Positions 33,536 through 44,115 of a stretch of 64,000 nucleotides of DNA are shown one piece after another. Position 1 is the first letter of the stretch; each line of letters opens with the position of its first letter. The DNA comes from Candidatus Cloacimonadota bacterium. GTDB lineage: Bacteria > Cloacimonadota > Cloacimonadia > Cloacimonadales > WRIO01. Where the stretch lies: contig JAKQQL010000110.1 of the NCBI GenBank assembly GCA_029564175.1, forward strand, positions 1 to 64,000, read 5' to 3'. Under the pieces are notes generated by a model. The model had not been told where the DNA came from and made no database searches. It worked only from the letters and a program-made list of their open reading frames with translations. A program made the position numbers and the translations under genes.

Positions 33536-34990
33536 ATGAAGAAGAAACAAAAAACAGACAGTCCTGTTCTTAATGCTGAAAATATCGGAAACAGAAAGAT
33601 TTATGTGCTTGATACCAATGTGCTGATACATAATCCGGAATCATTGTTTAATTTTGAGAATAATGTCGTTGTGATTCCAATCGTAGTGATTGAAGAGATA
33701 GATAATTTTAAAAAAGGATTGGATGAAAAGGGGCGTAATGCCAGACAAATTGGTCGTCATCTGGATAAAATCAGAATGGATGGCTCGCTAAAAGATGGTA
33801 TTCCCATCAATGTCCGTGAAGATAAACAATTACCTGAAGATGAAAAATATGGTTTTTTAGTGGTTGAAATGAGTCATAAAATCCAGGAAACAATGAGTCA
33901 GTATTATTTTAAAAATGAAAATGACAATCTGATCATTGGTACTGCCATTCATTTCAGAGACAGATTCCCGAATCAGAAAGTGGTGTTAATCTCCAAGGAT
34001 GCCAATGTTCGTATCAAAGCCAATGCAGTGGGTATCTTTGCAGAAAACTATGAGAATGAAACAGTTAAATTTGAAGAATTATATACCGGCGTCTGTGAAT
34101 TACAGGTTTCGGATAAAGAATATAATCAATTCAAGAAGAGTCAGTATCTGGCATTTAACTCAGAGAATCTATACCCTAATCAGTTTATCAGACTATTTAA
34201 TAAAGAAGATTTAGCACAGCCTTATTTGTTAGGCAGGTATAATTGCAGTGATAATGGTAACATCATCTTTCCATTGGCTTCTTACCCTGATATAACAAAG
34301 AATGTATTTGGCATTCAAGCCTTGAATGAAGAACAACAGTTTGCCTTTGATCTTTTGCTGGATGAAAATATCAAACTGGTGTCTCTGATTGGCAAGGCAG
34401 GTACCGGTAAAACATTACTTGCTATTGCAGCCGGTTTGAATCAGGTGGTTGAAAGCGATACGCAACGTTACAGCCGTCTGGTGATTTCCAGACCGATTTC
34501 TCCGTTAGGCAAAGATATTGGTTTTTTACCAGGTTCCAAGGCTGATAAATTTAATCCCTGGATGCAGCCAATTTATGACAATATGGAGATTTTAGTCAAT
34601 CAGCATACAGAGAATAAAAATGCAAATAACGGTAAGATTTTCGGTAAAAAAACACCTCAATTGCAAGATTATCTGGATTTTGGTTTTATTGAACTGGAAC
34701 CTTTGACCTATATTCGAGGCAGAAGTTTACCAAAACAATATATCATTATAGATGAGGCACAAAATCTGACCCCTCATGAAATGAAGACCATCATTACCCG
34801 TGCCGGTAAAGATACCAAAATCGTTTTAACAGGTGATCCTTATCAGATTGATATTCCTTATCTGGATTCTGAAAGTAATGGCTTATCCATGGCTGCAGAA
34901 AAGATGAAAACAGAACGCTTAGTAGGTCATGTAACCCTTGAAAAAGGGGAACGCTCAGAATTAGCAGATCTGGCAGCAAAGTATTTCTAA
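33536..34990 (+). CDS. phoH2: PhoH2 (PIN domain plus PhoH ATPase)
   Basis: YVLDTNVL PIN motif, GKAGTGKT, IRGRS, IIDEAQN. Confidence 0.93.
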   Translation: MKKKQKTDSPVLNAENIGNRKIYVLDTNVLIHNPESLFNFENNVVVIPIVVIEEIDNFKKGLDEKGRNARQIGRHLDKIRMDGSLKDGIPINVREDKQLPEDEKYGFLVVEMSHKIQETMSQYYFKNENDNLIIGTAIHFRDRFPNQKVVLISKDANVRIKANAVGIFAENYENETVKFEELYTGVCELQVSDKEYNQFKKSQYLAFNSENLYPNQFIRLFNKEDLAQPYLLGRYNCSDNGNIIFPLASYPDITKNVFGIQALNEEQQFAFDLLLDENIKLVSLIGKAGTGKTLLAIAAGLNQVVESDTQRYSRLVISRPISPLGKDIGFLPGSKADKFNPWMQPIYDNMEILVNQHTENKNANNGKIFGKKTPQLQDYLDFGFIELEPLTYIRGRSLPKQYIIIDEAQNLTPHEMKTIITRAGKDTKIVLTGDPYQIDIPYLDSESNGLSMAAEKMKTERLVGHVTLEKGERSELADLAAKYF

Positions 34991-34993
34991 AAA

Positions 34994-36181
34994 ATGGATA
35001 TAAAAGAAGTTCTGCTTAAAGATGTTAAATTAGGTATGTGTCTGGCAGCTGACGTCAGTAATGTCAGAGGCATACCTCTTTTTCAAAAAGGATTTTACTT
35101 CACTTCACGTGAGCAGATCATCAGATTACAGGATGAAGGCTTAAAGAGTATTCCTGTCAATATGACGATTAGTCTGATCGATACGCGGTCTGAAAAGGAA
35201 AAAATCCATTCAGCAGAAGCAGGGAAAAAAGAATTTGAAAATCCTGAGCGTAGAATCGAATATCTTAAAATCGAGAAAGCAAAAGTCAAAGAACTTTATA
35301 AAGCCAGTCAGGATATCATTAATGAAACCATGAATAGTGCCCGTTTTGGCAAGGCACTTGAACAGAATGTGATCAAAAAACAGGCAATTGATGTTTTGAA
35401 CAGTATCAAACGCGATAATCTGGCGCTTTTATCTTTGTTAAACCTGAAAAACTTTGATGAATATACCTATACCCACAGTTTGAACGTTGCTGTTTTAGCC
35501 ACTGCCTTTGCCTGGCACATGAAATTTCCTGAAGATAAGCTTTTATCAATAGGCAGAGGTGCATTTTTACATGATATTGGTAAAGCAAAAGTACCGCTAA
35601 GCATCTTAAACAAACCGGATCGGCTTGATGATAGTGAATTTAAGATTATGCAAATGCATCCCAGTTATGGAGAACAGATTTATCAGCGTGAAAATATGAC
35701 CAATCAAGTGGAAGTTGATATCGTGTTGCATCATCATGAAAGCTATGATGGATCTGGTTATCCATCAAAACAGGCTGGTAACGAGATTAACAAGTTTGCT
35801 GCCATTGTCTCAATTTCTGATTTTTACGACGCACTTACTACTGAGAGAGTTTACAAAAAGGTCATTCATCCCTCTGAAGCGATTCAGATTGTCTATTCAC
35901 AGAGTGGTAAGAAGTTTGATCCAAGAGTGGTGAATCACTTTATTAAAACAGTTGGCATATATCCGATTGGCAGTTTAGTTGAGCTGAGTAACGAGCAGAT
36001 AGCGATGGTAGTTGCTTTTTCAAGAGAAAATCTGTTAAAGCCGGTTGTACAAATACTACAACTTGAAAATGGTATATTGGTGTCTCAGAATAAGATTATT
36101 TCCTTACTTGATTCGGATATCTATATCAAATCCATTTATAAAGGAGATGTGAAAATCGTTGAGCAGAATGTTATGGCCTAA
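34994..36181 (+). CDS. HD-GYP domain cyclic-dinucleotide phosphodiesterase
   Basis: DEYTYTHS, LHDIGK, HHHESYDGSGYP, FDP. Confidence 0.92.
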   Translation: MDIKEVLLKDVKLGMCLAADVSNVRGIPLFQKGFYFTSREQIIRLQDEGLKSIPVNMTISLIDTRSEKEKIHSAEAGKKEFENPERRIEYLKIEKAKVKELYKASQDIINETMNSARFGKALEQNVIKKQAIDVLNSIKRDNLALLSLLNLKNFDEYTYTHSLNVAVLATAFAWHMKFPEDKLLSIGRGAFLHDIGKAKVPLSILNKPDRLDDSEFKIMQMHPSYGEQIYQRENMTNQVEVDIVLHHHESYDGSGYPSKQAGNEINKFAAIVSISDFYDALTTERVYKKVIHPSEAIQIVYSQSGKKFDPRVVNHFIKTVGIYPIGSLVELSNEQIAMVVAFSRENLLKPVVQILQLENGILVSQNKIISLLDSDIYIKSIYKGDVKIVEQNVMA

Positions 36182-36252
36182 TTGAATGACAAGCAACTTG
36201 CTTGTTATGTTGTTTTTTATATACGCATGATGGTAGCTTGCAGTCCGGTTTT

Positions 36253-36276
36253 CTACAAGCAGGATGCTTGTAGTAC
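36253..36276. repeat. REP-like palindrome CTACAAGC-aggat-GCTTGTAG-TAC
   Basis: Perfect 8-bp stem; the reverse complement matches 32540-32563 at 22/24 nt. Confidence 0.7.
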
Positions 36277-36305
36277 GGAAGTTTGCTGTATGGAGAAGGT
36301 AACAA

Positions 36306-38225
36306 ATGATGATTAAAAAGAAGAAGATAAAACAAGCATTAAATAATATCAATGAAAGAAGCTGGGTTGAGATCAATCTGGATCATTATTCGGATAATAT
36401 TAATGCTTTAAAACAGAAGTTTTTGCCACATCAGCAGTTTATGCAGATTGTCAAAGCGGATGCCTATGGTCATGGAGCACCTCAGATAGCACTTCAGGCA
36501 GTAAAAGAGGGTGCTGTGATGCTGGGGGTTGCCAATGTTGAAGAAGCAACTTTGTTGAGATTTCATGAAATAGATATTCCAATTCTTATTTTATCTCCTT
36601 CTTTTGATTTTGAAATAGAGTCCATCATTCATTATAAGCTCATTCCTTCTGTTTCAAATATTGACTTTGTAAAAAAGCTCAATCAGGAAGCCAAAAAATT
36701 AGGGATTAAACAGCCAGTTCATATCAAATGTGATACAGGAATGAATAGGAATGGAATAAGAGTGGAAGAAGCTTTTATATTTTATAACGAAGTAATAAAA
36801 AATGATCATATTAAGGTTGAAGGAATTTTTTCTCACTTTTCTTCTAGTGAAAATGACAAAGCATATACTCTGTATCAATATCATAAATTTATTGAAGCAA
36901 TTCAGCCGTTTGCAAAATCTCTGAGTTATATTCATATCGCTAACAGTAGTGCAGTTGCAAATTATCTGTTTACTCAGGTGAACCTGCATCGTTTAGGTTT
37001 GTTATCCTATGGGGTTTATAGTGATGATTCCATCAAAAGTAAGGTAGATTTAAAGCCGGTGATGACATTCAAATCCAGAATTTCTCATATTTCGACTGCC
37101 AGAGAGAATGAAACAATCGGATATAACCGTACTTATCAGGTGAAAAAGCCTTTAAAGTATGCGATTATCCCGGTCGGATATGCTGATGGATATGATTTTC
37201 TGTTATCAGGCAAAGCAAACACAGAATGTCATGAAAAATCCTGTCCTGTACTGGGCAAGGTTAGTATGGATATGATAGCCATTGATATTAGTCATTTGCA
37301 AAATGTGCAGATTGGTGATGAAGTAACCCTTCTTGGCGGTAAACAGGAATTTGTCCATGCCGAAGTGTTAAGTGCTTTATTTAAAGGGTCTTCTTATGAA
37401 TTGCTGACTCAGATAGGCAGAAGAGCAAAACGTTATTTTATAAAGGAACAAAAAATCAGTGATTCTGCTCCGATCCTCAGGCGTGACTTTATACCCAAAG
37501 ACTTTTCTGACGATAAATTAAACCGAATCATTCATCAGGCGATAGAAGAAAGAATTCATAAAAAAGAGCTTGCTGGCGTCATCTATCATGATATTCTCAA
37601 ATATTTCTTTGTTGATAGTGACAGGGACGTCTCTTATCGTTCTAACTTTGTTCACTCAATTCGCTTTCTTGACGAGAATGAACTTTATTATACCGTTGAA
37701 ACGCATATAGAGTTTGATAAAATTTTACAAAATCCCTTTTTTATTGTTGCCTGTGCCAATAATCAGGAGAACCTGGAACTCTATTTTAAAAGGCGTGATA
37801 CCGAATATCGTTGGTTACTGGATGAAGATGTTGTACTTGATGAATCAAAATTCATCGTGAGTTCAGCTAAGATCAATGATATTGTGTTGACTCATAAATG
37901 TCATGTTAATGATAAAGCATTAGAAATCAGATGTGAATCTGATCAGTTGCAATCCATGCTAAACCAGTTGGTACATTTTGAAATCAACACACGAACACTC
38001 TATCCAAAAATGAAGCATCAGCTCAGTATCTATCTGTCTGAAATTACAAAAGGGATTATGCTTGAATTTGAGTATCCGGAAACGATTCAATCTGTAGAAT
38101 GTATTCCTATTTTCTCAGGCAGACGAAAGTATCCTGATATTGAATTTCTGTCTCACCGGATAAAAGTATCAACCCGTGAGAATGACTGGGTATTTCCTAA
38201 CAGTGGTGTGGTCTTTACGTATTAA
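36306..38225 (+). CDS. alr: Alanine racemase with long C-terminal extension
   Basis: IVKADAYGHG (PLP Lys), DTGMNRNG, IGY, GYADG, SMDM; about 260 extra C-terminal residues. Confidence 0.9.
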   Translation: MMIKKKKIKQALNNINERSWVEINLDHYSDNINALKQKFLPHQQFMQIVKADAYGHGAPQIALQAVKEGAVMLGVANVEEATLLRFHEIDIPILILSPSFDFEIESIIHYKLIPSVSNIDFVKKLNQEAKKLGIKQPVHIKCDTGMNRNGIRVEEAFIFYNEVIKNDHIKVEGIFSHFSSSENDKAYTLYQYHKFIEAIQPFAKSLSYIHIANSSAVANYLFTQVNLHRLGLLSYGVYSDDSIKSKVDLKPVMTFKSRISHISTARENETIGYNRTYQVKKPLKYAIIPVGYADGYDFLLSGKANTECHEKSCPVLGKVSMDMIAIDISHLQNVQIGDEVTLLGGKQEFVHAEVLSALFKGSSYELLTQIGRRAKRYFIKEQKISDSAPILRRDFIPKDFSDDKLNRIIHQAIEERIHKKELAGVIYHDILKYFFVDSDRDVSYRSNFVHSIRFLDENELYYTVETHIEFDKILQNPFFIVACANNQENLELYFKRRDTEYRWLLDEDVVLDESKFIVSSAKINDIVLTHKCHVNDKALEIRCESDQLQSMLNQLVHFEINTRTLYPKMKHQLSIYLSEITKGIMLEFEYPETIQSVECIPIFSGRRKYPDIEFLSHRIKVSTRENDWVFPNSGVVFTY

Positions 38226-38324
38226 ATTGAGTTTCTTTTAACTGATACTACATATTTTTATAGATTAGTAAAAAACGGAACATTTCTTGCATATTCTTTT
38301 GAAAAAAAAAGATAGGGGATATGT

Positions 38325-41300
38325 ATGGAATGTTTTAAGAAGCTTATGCTTGTTCTCTCTATTGCGATTATATTTACACAATTGTTCGGAGGAGACAGCG
38401 GACAATTCAGGGTAAATACACAAAATAGCCAATTAACAGATATTGAGTTTAATTTACCAGACTGGTCAATCAGCAGAGATCATAAAATTGACAGTAAGGG
38501 AACTGAATTAACAGTATGTAAAAATGATATAGAAATACCATTTTATTCCACTTGTATTGCTGTTCCTCAAAACAGCCATGTAGAAATACTGTCAGAAGAT
38601 AAAGGTGAGACAAAAGTATATTCTAATATTAGTCTTTCTGCATCAAATCAAGTGATTGATCGAAAATTTCAAAAAGACCAAAATCAACTGGTTGAAATAT
38701 CTTCGGTCATGACTTTAAGAGATTATCAAATTGTCAGTGTGAATATTTATCCATTTCAATATGATCAATCTGGAAGAAAACTGGATGTAACCAATCAGGT
38801 TAAAGTGAAAATCAGCCATAAATCGGGAAATTGTTATACGCAGAACAAAACCATTTCTAAAGCGTTTGAACCTCTCTATCAAACAATGATTTCAAATTAT
38901 GATCAGATCAGAGAAACCCGTTCGGTATATCAAAAACCTTCGATATTGATTATCCATCCAAACAACACTCAAATTCAGACACGTCTTAATCAGCTGGTTG
39001 AATGGAAAACGATCAGAGGTTTTGACGTAAAAACTGTATCATTGAGTATTACAGGTAATTCAAACTCATCAATAAAGTCCTATATACAAAATGAGTATAA
39101 TAATTCAGAAAATCCTCCTGAATATGTTTTGCTGATAGGCGATGTAAATGGAACCTTGTCGATTCCTTCTTTTTATCATTTATATGCTGTTGAGGGAGGA
39201 TATGGAGATTATCCTTATACACATATTTCTGGAAATGATACCTTAGGTGATTTGTTTATTGGTAGATTGTCTATAGAATCCAGCTCTGATTTTGATGTGA
39301 TGGTTTCAAAAATTATTTTTAATGAGAAGTATCCAACACAGGCAGGTACAGACTGGATGAACCGAAGTATTTTAATGGGTGAAACCAATGTATCCGGTCA
39401 AACCTGTATCACAACCAATTATTATATCAAAGAAGCGATTAAACGTTATGATAGTAATCATGAATTTACAGAATTATATGGTTCTGTTGTTAATCAGTCT
39501 CAAACTACAGCAGCAGCAACTGCAGGTGCATTAAATTTTCATTACCGCGGCTATTATAATATGAATAATTATACGAATTCACACATTAATAATATGAACA
39601 ATGTGAAAAAAATGTTTAATGTCGTTTGGATTACCTGTAATACAGGTAATTTTGCTGCTACTGAACTGAGCCGTATTGAGAAAGTAACCAGATTGGGAAC
39701 TGTTTCTGAACCCAAAGGGGCATTAACTGCAATAGGAATGTCAACTTCTCATACTCTGACTGCTTATAACAATTTGATGTCAACAGCAATCTATGATGGT
39801 TTATATACCCATGGAATGAATAATATGGGGCAAGCTATGTTGTATGCAAAATTAAGAGTGCAGACTGCTTATAGTAATTATTCTGGCGTAGCAAATGATC
39901 TGGTACACTGGCTGAATCTGATGGGTGATCCTTCAGTAATGGCTCACAAAGATATTCCCATAGGCTTAACAGTTCAAGCACCAGATAGTATCATAAAAGG
40001 ACAAAATTATATTCAAATTCATGTCAGAAAAGAAGGTAATCTCTCTCTGAAAGATGCAGTGGTTACGTTAAAATCATCAGATAATCAATATTTTACCGGC
40101 TATACAGATGAAAATGGTAATGCAATCATCAATCTGGATAATGAGCTAAATGGCACATTACAGATGACAGTTACAAAAGAAAATTATCTGACATCTCTTA
40201 AAACAATAACAATTCAAGAGACTGGTGGGATATCTCTGGATTCATATACATTATCTAACGCTTCAAATACAGCAATTGTTCAGGATATCAACCCAGATTT
40301 AACTTATACACTCAATGCCTATTTTAAAAATTATTCTTCTGCAGTTATCAATAATATTCAGTTTAGAGTGAGAACCCAGAGTCCTTATGTGACTTTAACA
40401 GATAGTTTAGCATTTTTAGGTCAACTAAGCACAAATACTGTTTCTACCTCTCTAAATTTTAAATTTCAGGTACATGCTAACTGTCCTGATGATTATCAAA
40501 TTCCATTTCAATTGATTGCTATTGGGAATAATATGCAATATACTTCTATGATATCTGTGGTAGTTAATAGTTTTAATTTTGAATATAACTCATATCAGGT
40601 GATTAATTATGCTCAAAATGCACCAATTGGTATGAATGTTCAATTACAGGCTCATTTTACAAATACCAGTCATATCAATTTAAACAATTTAACTCTGAAG
40701 CTTACATCTCCTGGTTTTGATGTGATGATTGTTGATTCACTTTCAGTCATTAATAATGTTGTAGTAGGAGAAAACTCAAGTAATGCAAATGACTTGTTTA
40801 GCCTGACAGTTAATCATAATGTTGTACCAGGAACTCGTATTCCTATGGAACTGGTGTTTGTTTATCAAAATATGGAACTTAAACGAATTCCATTTATAAT
40901 GAATACTCAAAATGCTTTGTTAACTGATCCACTTGGTCCTGATGAATTTGGTTATGTGATTTTAGATCAGGGTGATATGAATTACAATAACTGTCCATCT
41001 TATGAGTGGATTGAAATATCAACTATAGGAAATAATACTGGTATCTCAGATCCTTATGATAATATGGATATGGTTCAGTCAGTAACATTGCCATTTCCAT
41101 TCAGATTTTATGGAGAACTATATAATCAAATTACAGTATCATCCAATGGATTTTTTGTATTTGGTGTAACAACAAATCCGGCAATGCGAAATACGCCTTT
41201 GCCTGGTAGTGGCGCTCCTGTAAACATGGTTGCTCCTTTCTGGGCAGATATTATCGTACAGGATAGTGGTGATTCAGGCGTTTATACCTATTATCATCCA

Positions 41301-43079
41301 ACACTTCATGCTTTTATCATTGAATGGCACAATGTAAGAAATTACTATTACAGGAATCATACAATGTCTCCTTTTACCAATTTTCAGGTAATTCTTTATG
41401 ATTCACAATTTTATCCGGATGTCCCAGTAGATGGGGTTATGAAGTTCCAGTATAAAGATTTTCATCAGGGATTTCAAGGGACAGATGAGTATCCTTGTAA
41501 CTTCTTTACTGCAGGTATTCAAAATCAAAATGGTACTATTGGTTTAAACTATGTATATAACAATCAATATAATAATGCCTGTGCTCAGCTTGGAAATCAA
41601 AAAGCATTATTAGTTACTACAACCAGAAATCTAACAAATAATTCTGCTTTGTTTACACTTCCTCTTCAATTTTCTGTTTTGGAAGATATGAATGTTACCT
41701 ATGATTTATCACAGTATATAACTGATTTTAATCCAGAGAATGCAACAGACTATCAGATTACCTGTACTTCATCAGAACATGTTAATGTCAGCATGAATGG
41801 ATTTAATCTAACACTTTCACCCCAAGCAGACTGGTCTGGAACTGAAAGTTTGTTGTTCATGTTGCATATTAACAACCGACAGGTCGTTAGTAGGATCAGT
41901 TCAGTAAAAGTGAATCCAATGAATGATGCACCTTATATTGTCAATCCACTTCAATCAATTACAATCAATGATAATAATATCTATACTGGACTTAATCTGA
42001 ACCAGATTTTTTCAGATCCTGATTTACCTTATGGTGGAATTTTAGGTTTTACTTGTCAACCTGTAGATTCTATACAAGTGAGTATATCAAATGGACTTGT
42101 TACAATGATACCTGCTCATAACTGGATTGGTCAAAGAACTTTAACATTTACAGCGACTGATGATAGTCTGTTGTCTGTAACTCACAGTATAATTGTGAAC
42201 GTTATCGATGTAAATGAAGCCCCGGTTGTTAACTTCCCTGAAGTCATTAATGGACTTGAAGATAATGTATTACTGATTAATCTGGAAGATTATGTCAATG
42301 ATATTGATAATCCATTTAATGAACTTGAAATTACTGCATTTTCTTCAGCTCATTTAAATGTAAATTTAAATCTTAATCAACTTGTTATTACTCCAGCACT
42401 TAATTTTAATGGATCAGAATACGTCCGTATTGTTGTCTCTGATTTGATTGACAGGAAAAATTCAGATAGATTATCATGTGTCGATTCTGTTTTAATTCAT
42501 ATTCTTCCTGTGAATGATATTCCTGTTATTAACTCATTTTTACCCGCAGATTCCTCTTTCACAGTAGAAACAGGGGTGCCTGTACAATTCACAATAACAG
42601 CTTCAGATTATGATAATAATTCATTATATTATTATTGGTTTGTAAATGGAGTCAACCAACAAACATATAGTCATACAATAACAAAAACATTTCTTGAGAC
42701 AGGTTCATACACCGTTGCTTGTCGAATTACTGATGGATTCAATTATATTTATCAAACATGGACAGTGAATGTTACACTTAATCATGATGATGTTGTGGTG
42801 AAAGAAACCGCTTTAAATGGAAATTACCCTAATCCATTTAATCCCGAAACAAAAGTGAGTTATCAACTACATAAAGATGGTATGGTGAATCTAAAAATTT
42901 ACAATCTAAAGGGACAATTAGTAAAAGAACTTGTCAATGAAGTCCAGAAACAGGGAAGATATTCACTTATCTGGAATGGTGAAAATGCGGAAGGAAAAAA
43001 AATATCTTCCGGTATATATTATCTCATGATGAAAACACCAGAATATTCAAAAATTCATAAGATGATGCTAATTAAATAG
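38325..43079 (+). CDS. Large secreted C25 (gingipain-family) protein with propeptide, Ig/cadherin-like repeats and FlgD-Ig/T9SS-like CTD
   Basis: EWK..RG, YVLLIGD, D..Y...G.D...D..IGRLS, ITCNTG, NLMGDPS; VNPMNDAP/VNEAP/VNDIP repeats; NYPNPFNP..KMMLIK. Confidence 0.88.
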   Translation: MECFKKLMLVLSIAIIFTQLFGGDSGQFRVNTQNSQLTDIEFNLPDWSISRDHKIDSKGTELTVCKNDIEIPFYSTCIAVPQNSHVEILSEDKGETKVYSNISLSASNQVIDRKFQKDQNQLVEISSVMTLRDYQIVSVNIYPFQYDQSGRKLDVTNQVKVKISHKSGNCYTQNKTISKAFEPLYQTMISNYDQIRETRSVYQKPSILIIHPNNTQIQTRLNQLVEWKTIRGFDVKTVSLSITGNSNSSIKSYIQNEYNNSENPPEYVLLIGDVNGTLSIPSFYHLYAVEGGYGDYPYTHISGNDTLGDLFIGRLSIESSSDFDVMVSKIIFNEKYPTQAGTDWMNRSILMGETNVSGQTCITTNYYIKEAIKRYDSNHEFTELYGSVVNQSQTTAAATAGALNFHYRGYYNMNNYTNSHINNMNNVKKMFNVVWITCNTGNFAATELSRIEKVTRLGTVSEPKGALTAIGMSTSHTLTAYNNLMSTAIYDGLYTHGMNNMGQAMLYAKLRVQTAYSNYSGVANDLVHWLNLMGDPSVMAHKDIPIGLTVQAPDSIIKGQNYIQIHVRKEGNLSLKDAVVTLKSSDNQYFTGYTDENGNAIINLDNELNGTLQMTVTKENYLTSLKTITIQETGGISLDSYTLSNASNTAIVQDINPDLTYTLNAYFKNYSSAVINNIQFRVRTQSPYVTLTDSLAFLGQLSTNTVSTSLNFKFQVHANCPDDYQIPFQLIAIGNNMQYTSMISVVVNSFNFEYNSYQVINYAQNAPIGMNVQLQAHFTNTSHINLNNLTLKLTSPGFDVMIVDSLSVINNVVVGENSSNANDLFSLTVNHNVVPGTRIPMELVFVYQNMELKRIPFIMNTQNALLTDPLGPDEFGYVILDQGDMNYNNCPSYEWIEISTIGNNTGISDPYDNMDMVQSVTLPFPFRFYGELYNQITVSSNGFFVFGVTTNPAMRNTPLPGSGAPVNMVAPFWADIIVQDSGDSGVYTYYHPTLHAFIIEWHNVRNYYYRNHTMSPFTNFQVILYDSQFYPDVPVDGVMKFQYKDFHQGFQGTDEYPCNFFTAGIQNQNGTIGLNYVYNNQYNNACAQLGNQKALLVTTTRNLTNNSALFTLPLQFSVLEDMNVTYDLSQYITDFNPENATDYQITCTSSEHVNVSMNGFNLTLSPQADWSGTESLLFMLHINNRQVVSRISSVKVNPMNDAPYIVNPLQSITINDNNIYTGLNLNQIFSDPDLPYGGILGFTCQPVDSIQVSISNGLVTMIPAHNWIGQRTLTFTATDDSLLSVTHSIIVNVIDVNEAPVVNFPEVINGLEDNVLLINLEDYVNDIDNPFNELEITAFSSAHLNVNLNLNQLVITPALNFNGSEYVRIVVSDLIDRKNSDRLSCVDSVLIHILPVNDIPVINSFLPADSSFTVETGVPVQFTITASDYDNNSLYYYWFVNGVNQQTYSHTITKTFLETGSYTVACRITDGFNYIYQTWTVNVTLNHDDVVVKETALNGNYPNPFNPETKVSYQLHKDGMVNLKIYNLKGQLVKELVNEVQKQGRYSLIWNGENAEGKKISSGIYYLMMKTPEYSKIHKMMLIK

Positions 43080-43101
43080 AATATAATCCGTTAAGTAATT
43101 G

Positions 43102-43130
43102 AAGCATGGTATAAAAGCCATGCTTTTTTT
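43102..43130 (+). terminator. Intrinsic terminator after the C25 gene
   Basis: AAGCATGGT...GCCATGCTT stem followed by a T-tract. Confidence 0.75.
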
Positions 43131-43146
43131 ATAAAAAAAAGCTAAA

Positions 43147-43173
43147 TTAGCACTCTTTTAAAAAGATTGCTAA
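43147..43173 (+). promoter_or_regulatory. CIRCE element (HrcA operator)
   Basis: TTAGCACTC-N9-GATTGCTAA, one mismatch to TTAGCACTC-N9-GAGTGCTAA, upstream of the hsp20 pair. Confidence 0.9.
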
Positions 43174-43239
43174 AAATAATTTGCTTTTTTAGAAAACCTG
43201 ATTATCATATCATTAGAATAAATTATATGGAGGTAGAAA

Positions 43240-43674
43240 ATGATAGGGATAGTAAAAAAAGGATCTATGATGCCAGTGTTTAGCTTATTCGATGATTTTA
43301 TCGACAGGTTAACCAGTGATGAGTTAAAACATACACCTCACAAAACAGAAGCTTGTCAGATGCCTGTTGATATTTCAGAGAATGAAAGAGAATATAAAGT
43401 GATGGCTAATTTACCTGGCATTGCAAAAGAAAACATTAAAATTAGTTTTCTCAAAGGTCAGATGACTATTGAAACTCAAATCAAAGAGGAAAAAGTAGAA
43501 ACAGAACAGAAAGTAATCAGACGGGAAAGATACTGTGGCATTTATCAACGTTCCCTTTATCTGCCTGACAACATTGAAGCTGACAAGATCAGTGCAAAGA
43601 TGGAAAATGGCGTCTTAACCGTTGTCATACCCAAAATTGAAGTTAAAAAACAAAGCTTTATTACAATTGAATAA
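43240..43674 (+). CDS. Small heat-shock protein Hsp20/alpha-crystallin
   Basis: VDISE, ANLPG, RER..G..QRS, A.MENGVL.V.IPK. Confidence 0.93.
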   Translation: MIGIVKKGSMMPVFSLFDDFIDRLTSDELKHTPHKTEACQMPVDISENEREYKVMANLPGIAKENIKISFLKGQMTIETQIKEEKVETEQKVIRRERYCGIYQRSLYLPDNIEADKISAKMENGVLTVVIPKIEVKKQSFITIE

Positions 43675-43686
43675 TGGAGGTGAAAA

Positions 43687-44115
43687 ATGAAACTGATCCC
43701 AATCCGCAAAGAAAAAGAAATGATGCCTATGTGGTCACTCTTTGATGACTTTATGGACAAATTTCTCAATGAAGATCTGACAGAGAATTCAAAGATCATG
43801 GCAGTTGATGTACTTGAGAATGATAAAGCCTATGAAATAAAAGCCAATCTGCCAGGTATCCCAAAAGAGAAAGTCAACATTTCTCTTAAGGAAAATCAAT
43901 TGATTATTTCAGCCAGCCATGAAGTCTCAAAAGAAGAAAAACAAAAAGATACCATCATCCGTTCAGAGAGATTTAGTGGATCTTATCAAAGAGTCATTAG
44001 TTTACCTGACAATTGTGATGCCGAAAATATTAAAGCAAAACTGGATAATGGTGTGCTTTCTCTCAATATACCTAAGAAAGAACCAAGTCCGAAGAAAGAA
44101 ATTGTCATTGAGTAA
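43687..44115 (+). CDS. Small heat-shock protein Hsp20 (tandem paralog)
   Basis: ANLPG, ERFSGSYQR, AKLDNGVL.L.IPK, C-terminal IVIE. Confidence 0.93.
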   Translation: MKLIPIRKEKEMMPMWSLFDDFMDKFLNEDLTENSKIMAVDVLENDKAYEIKANLPGIPKEKVNISLKENQLIISASHEVSKEEKQKDTIIRSERFSGSYQRVISLPDNCDAENIKAKLDNGVLSLNIPKKEPSPKKEIVIE

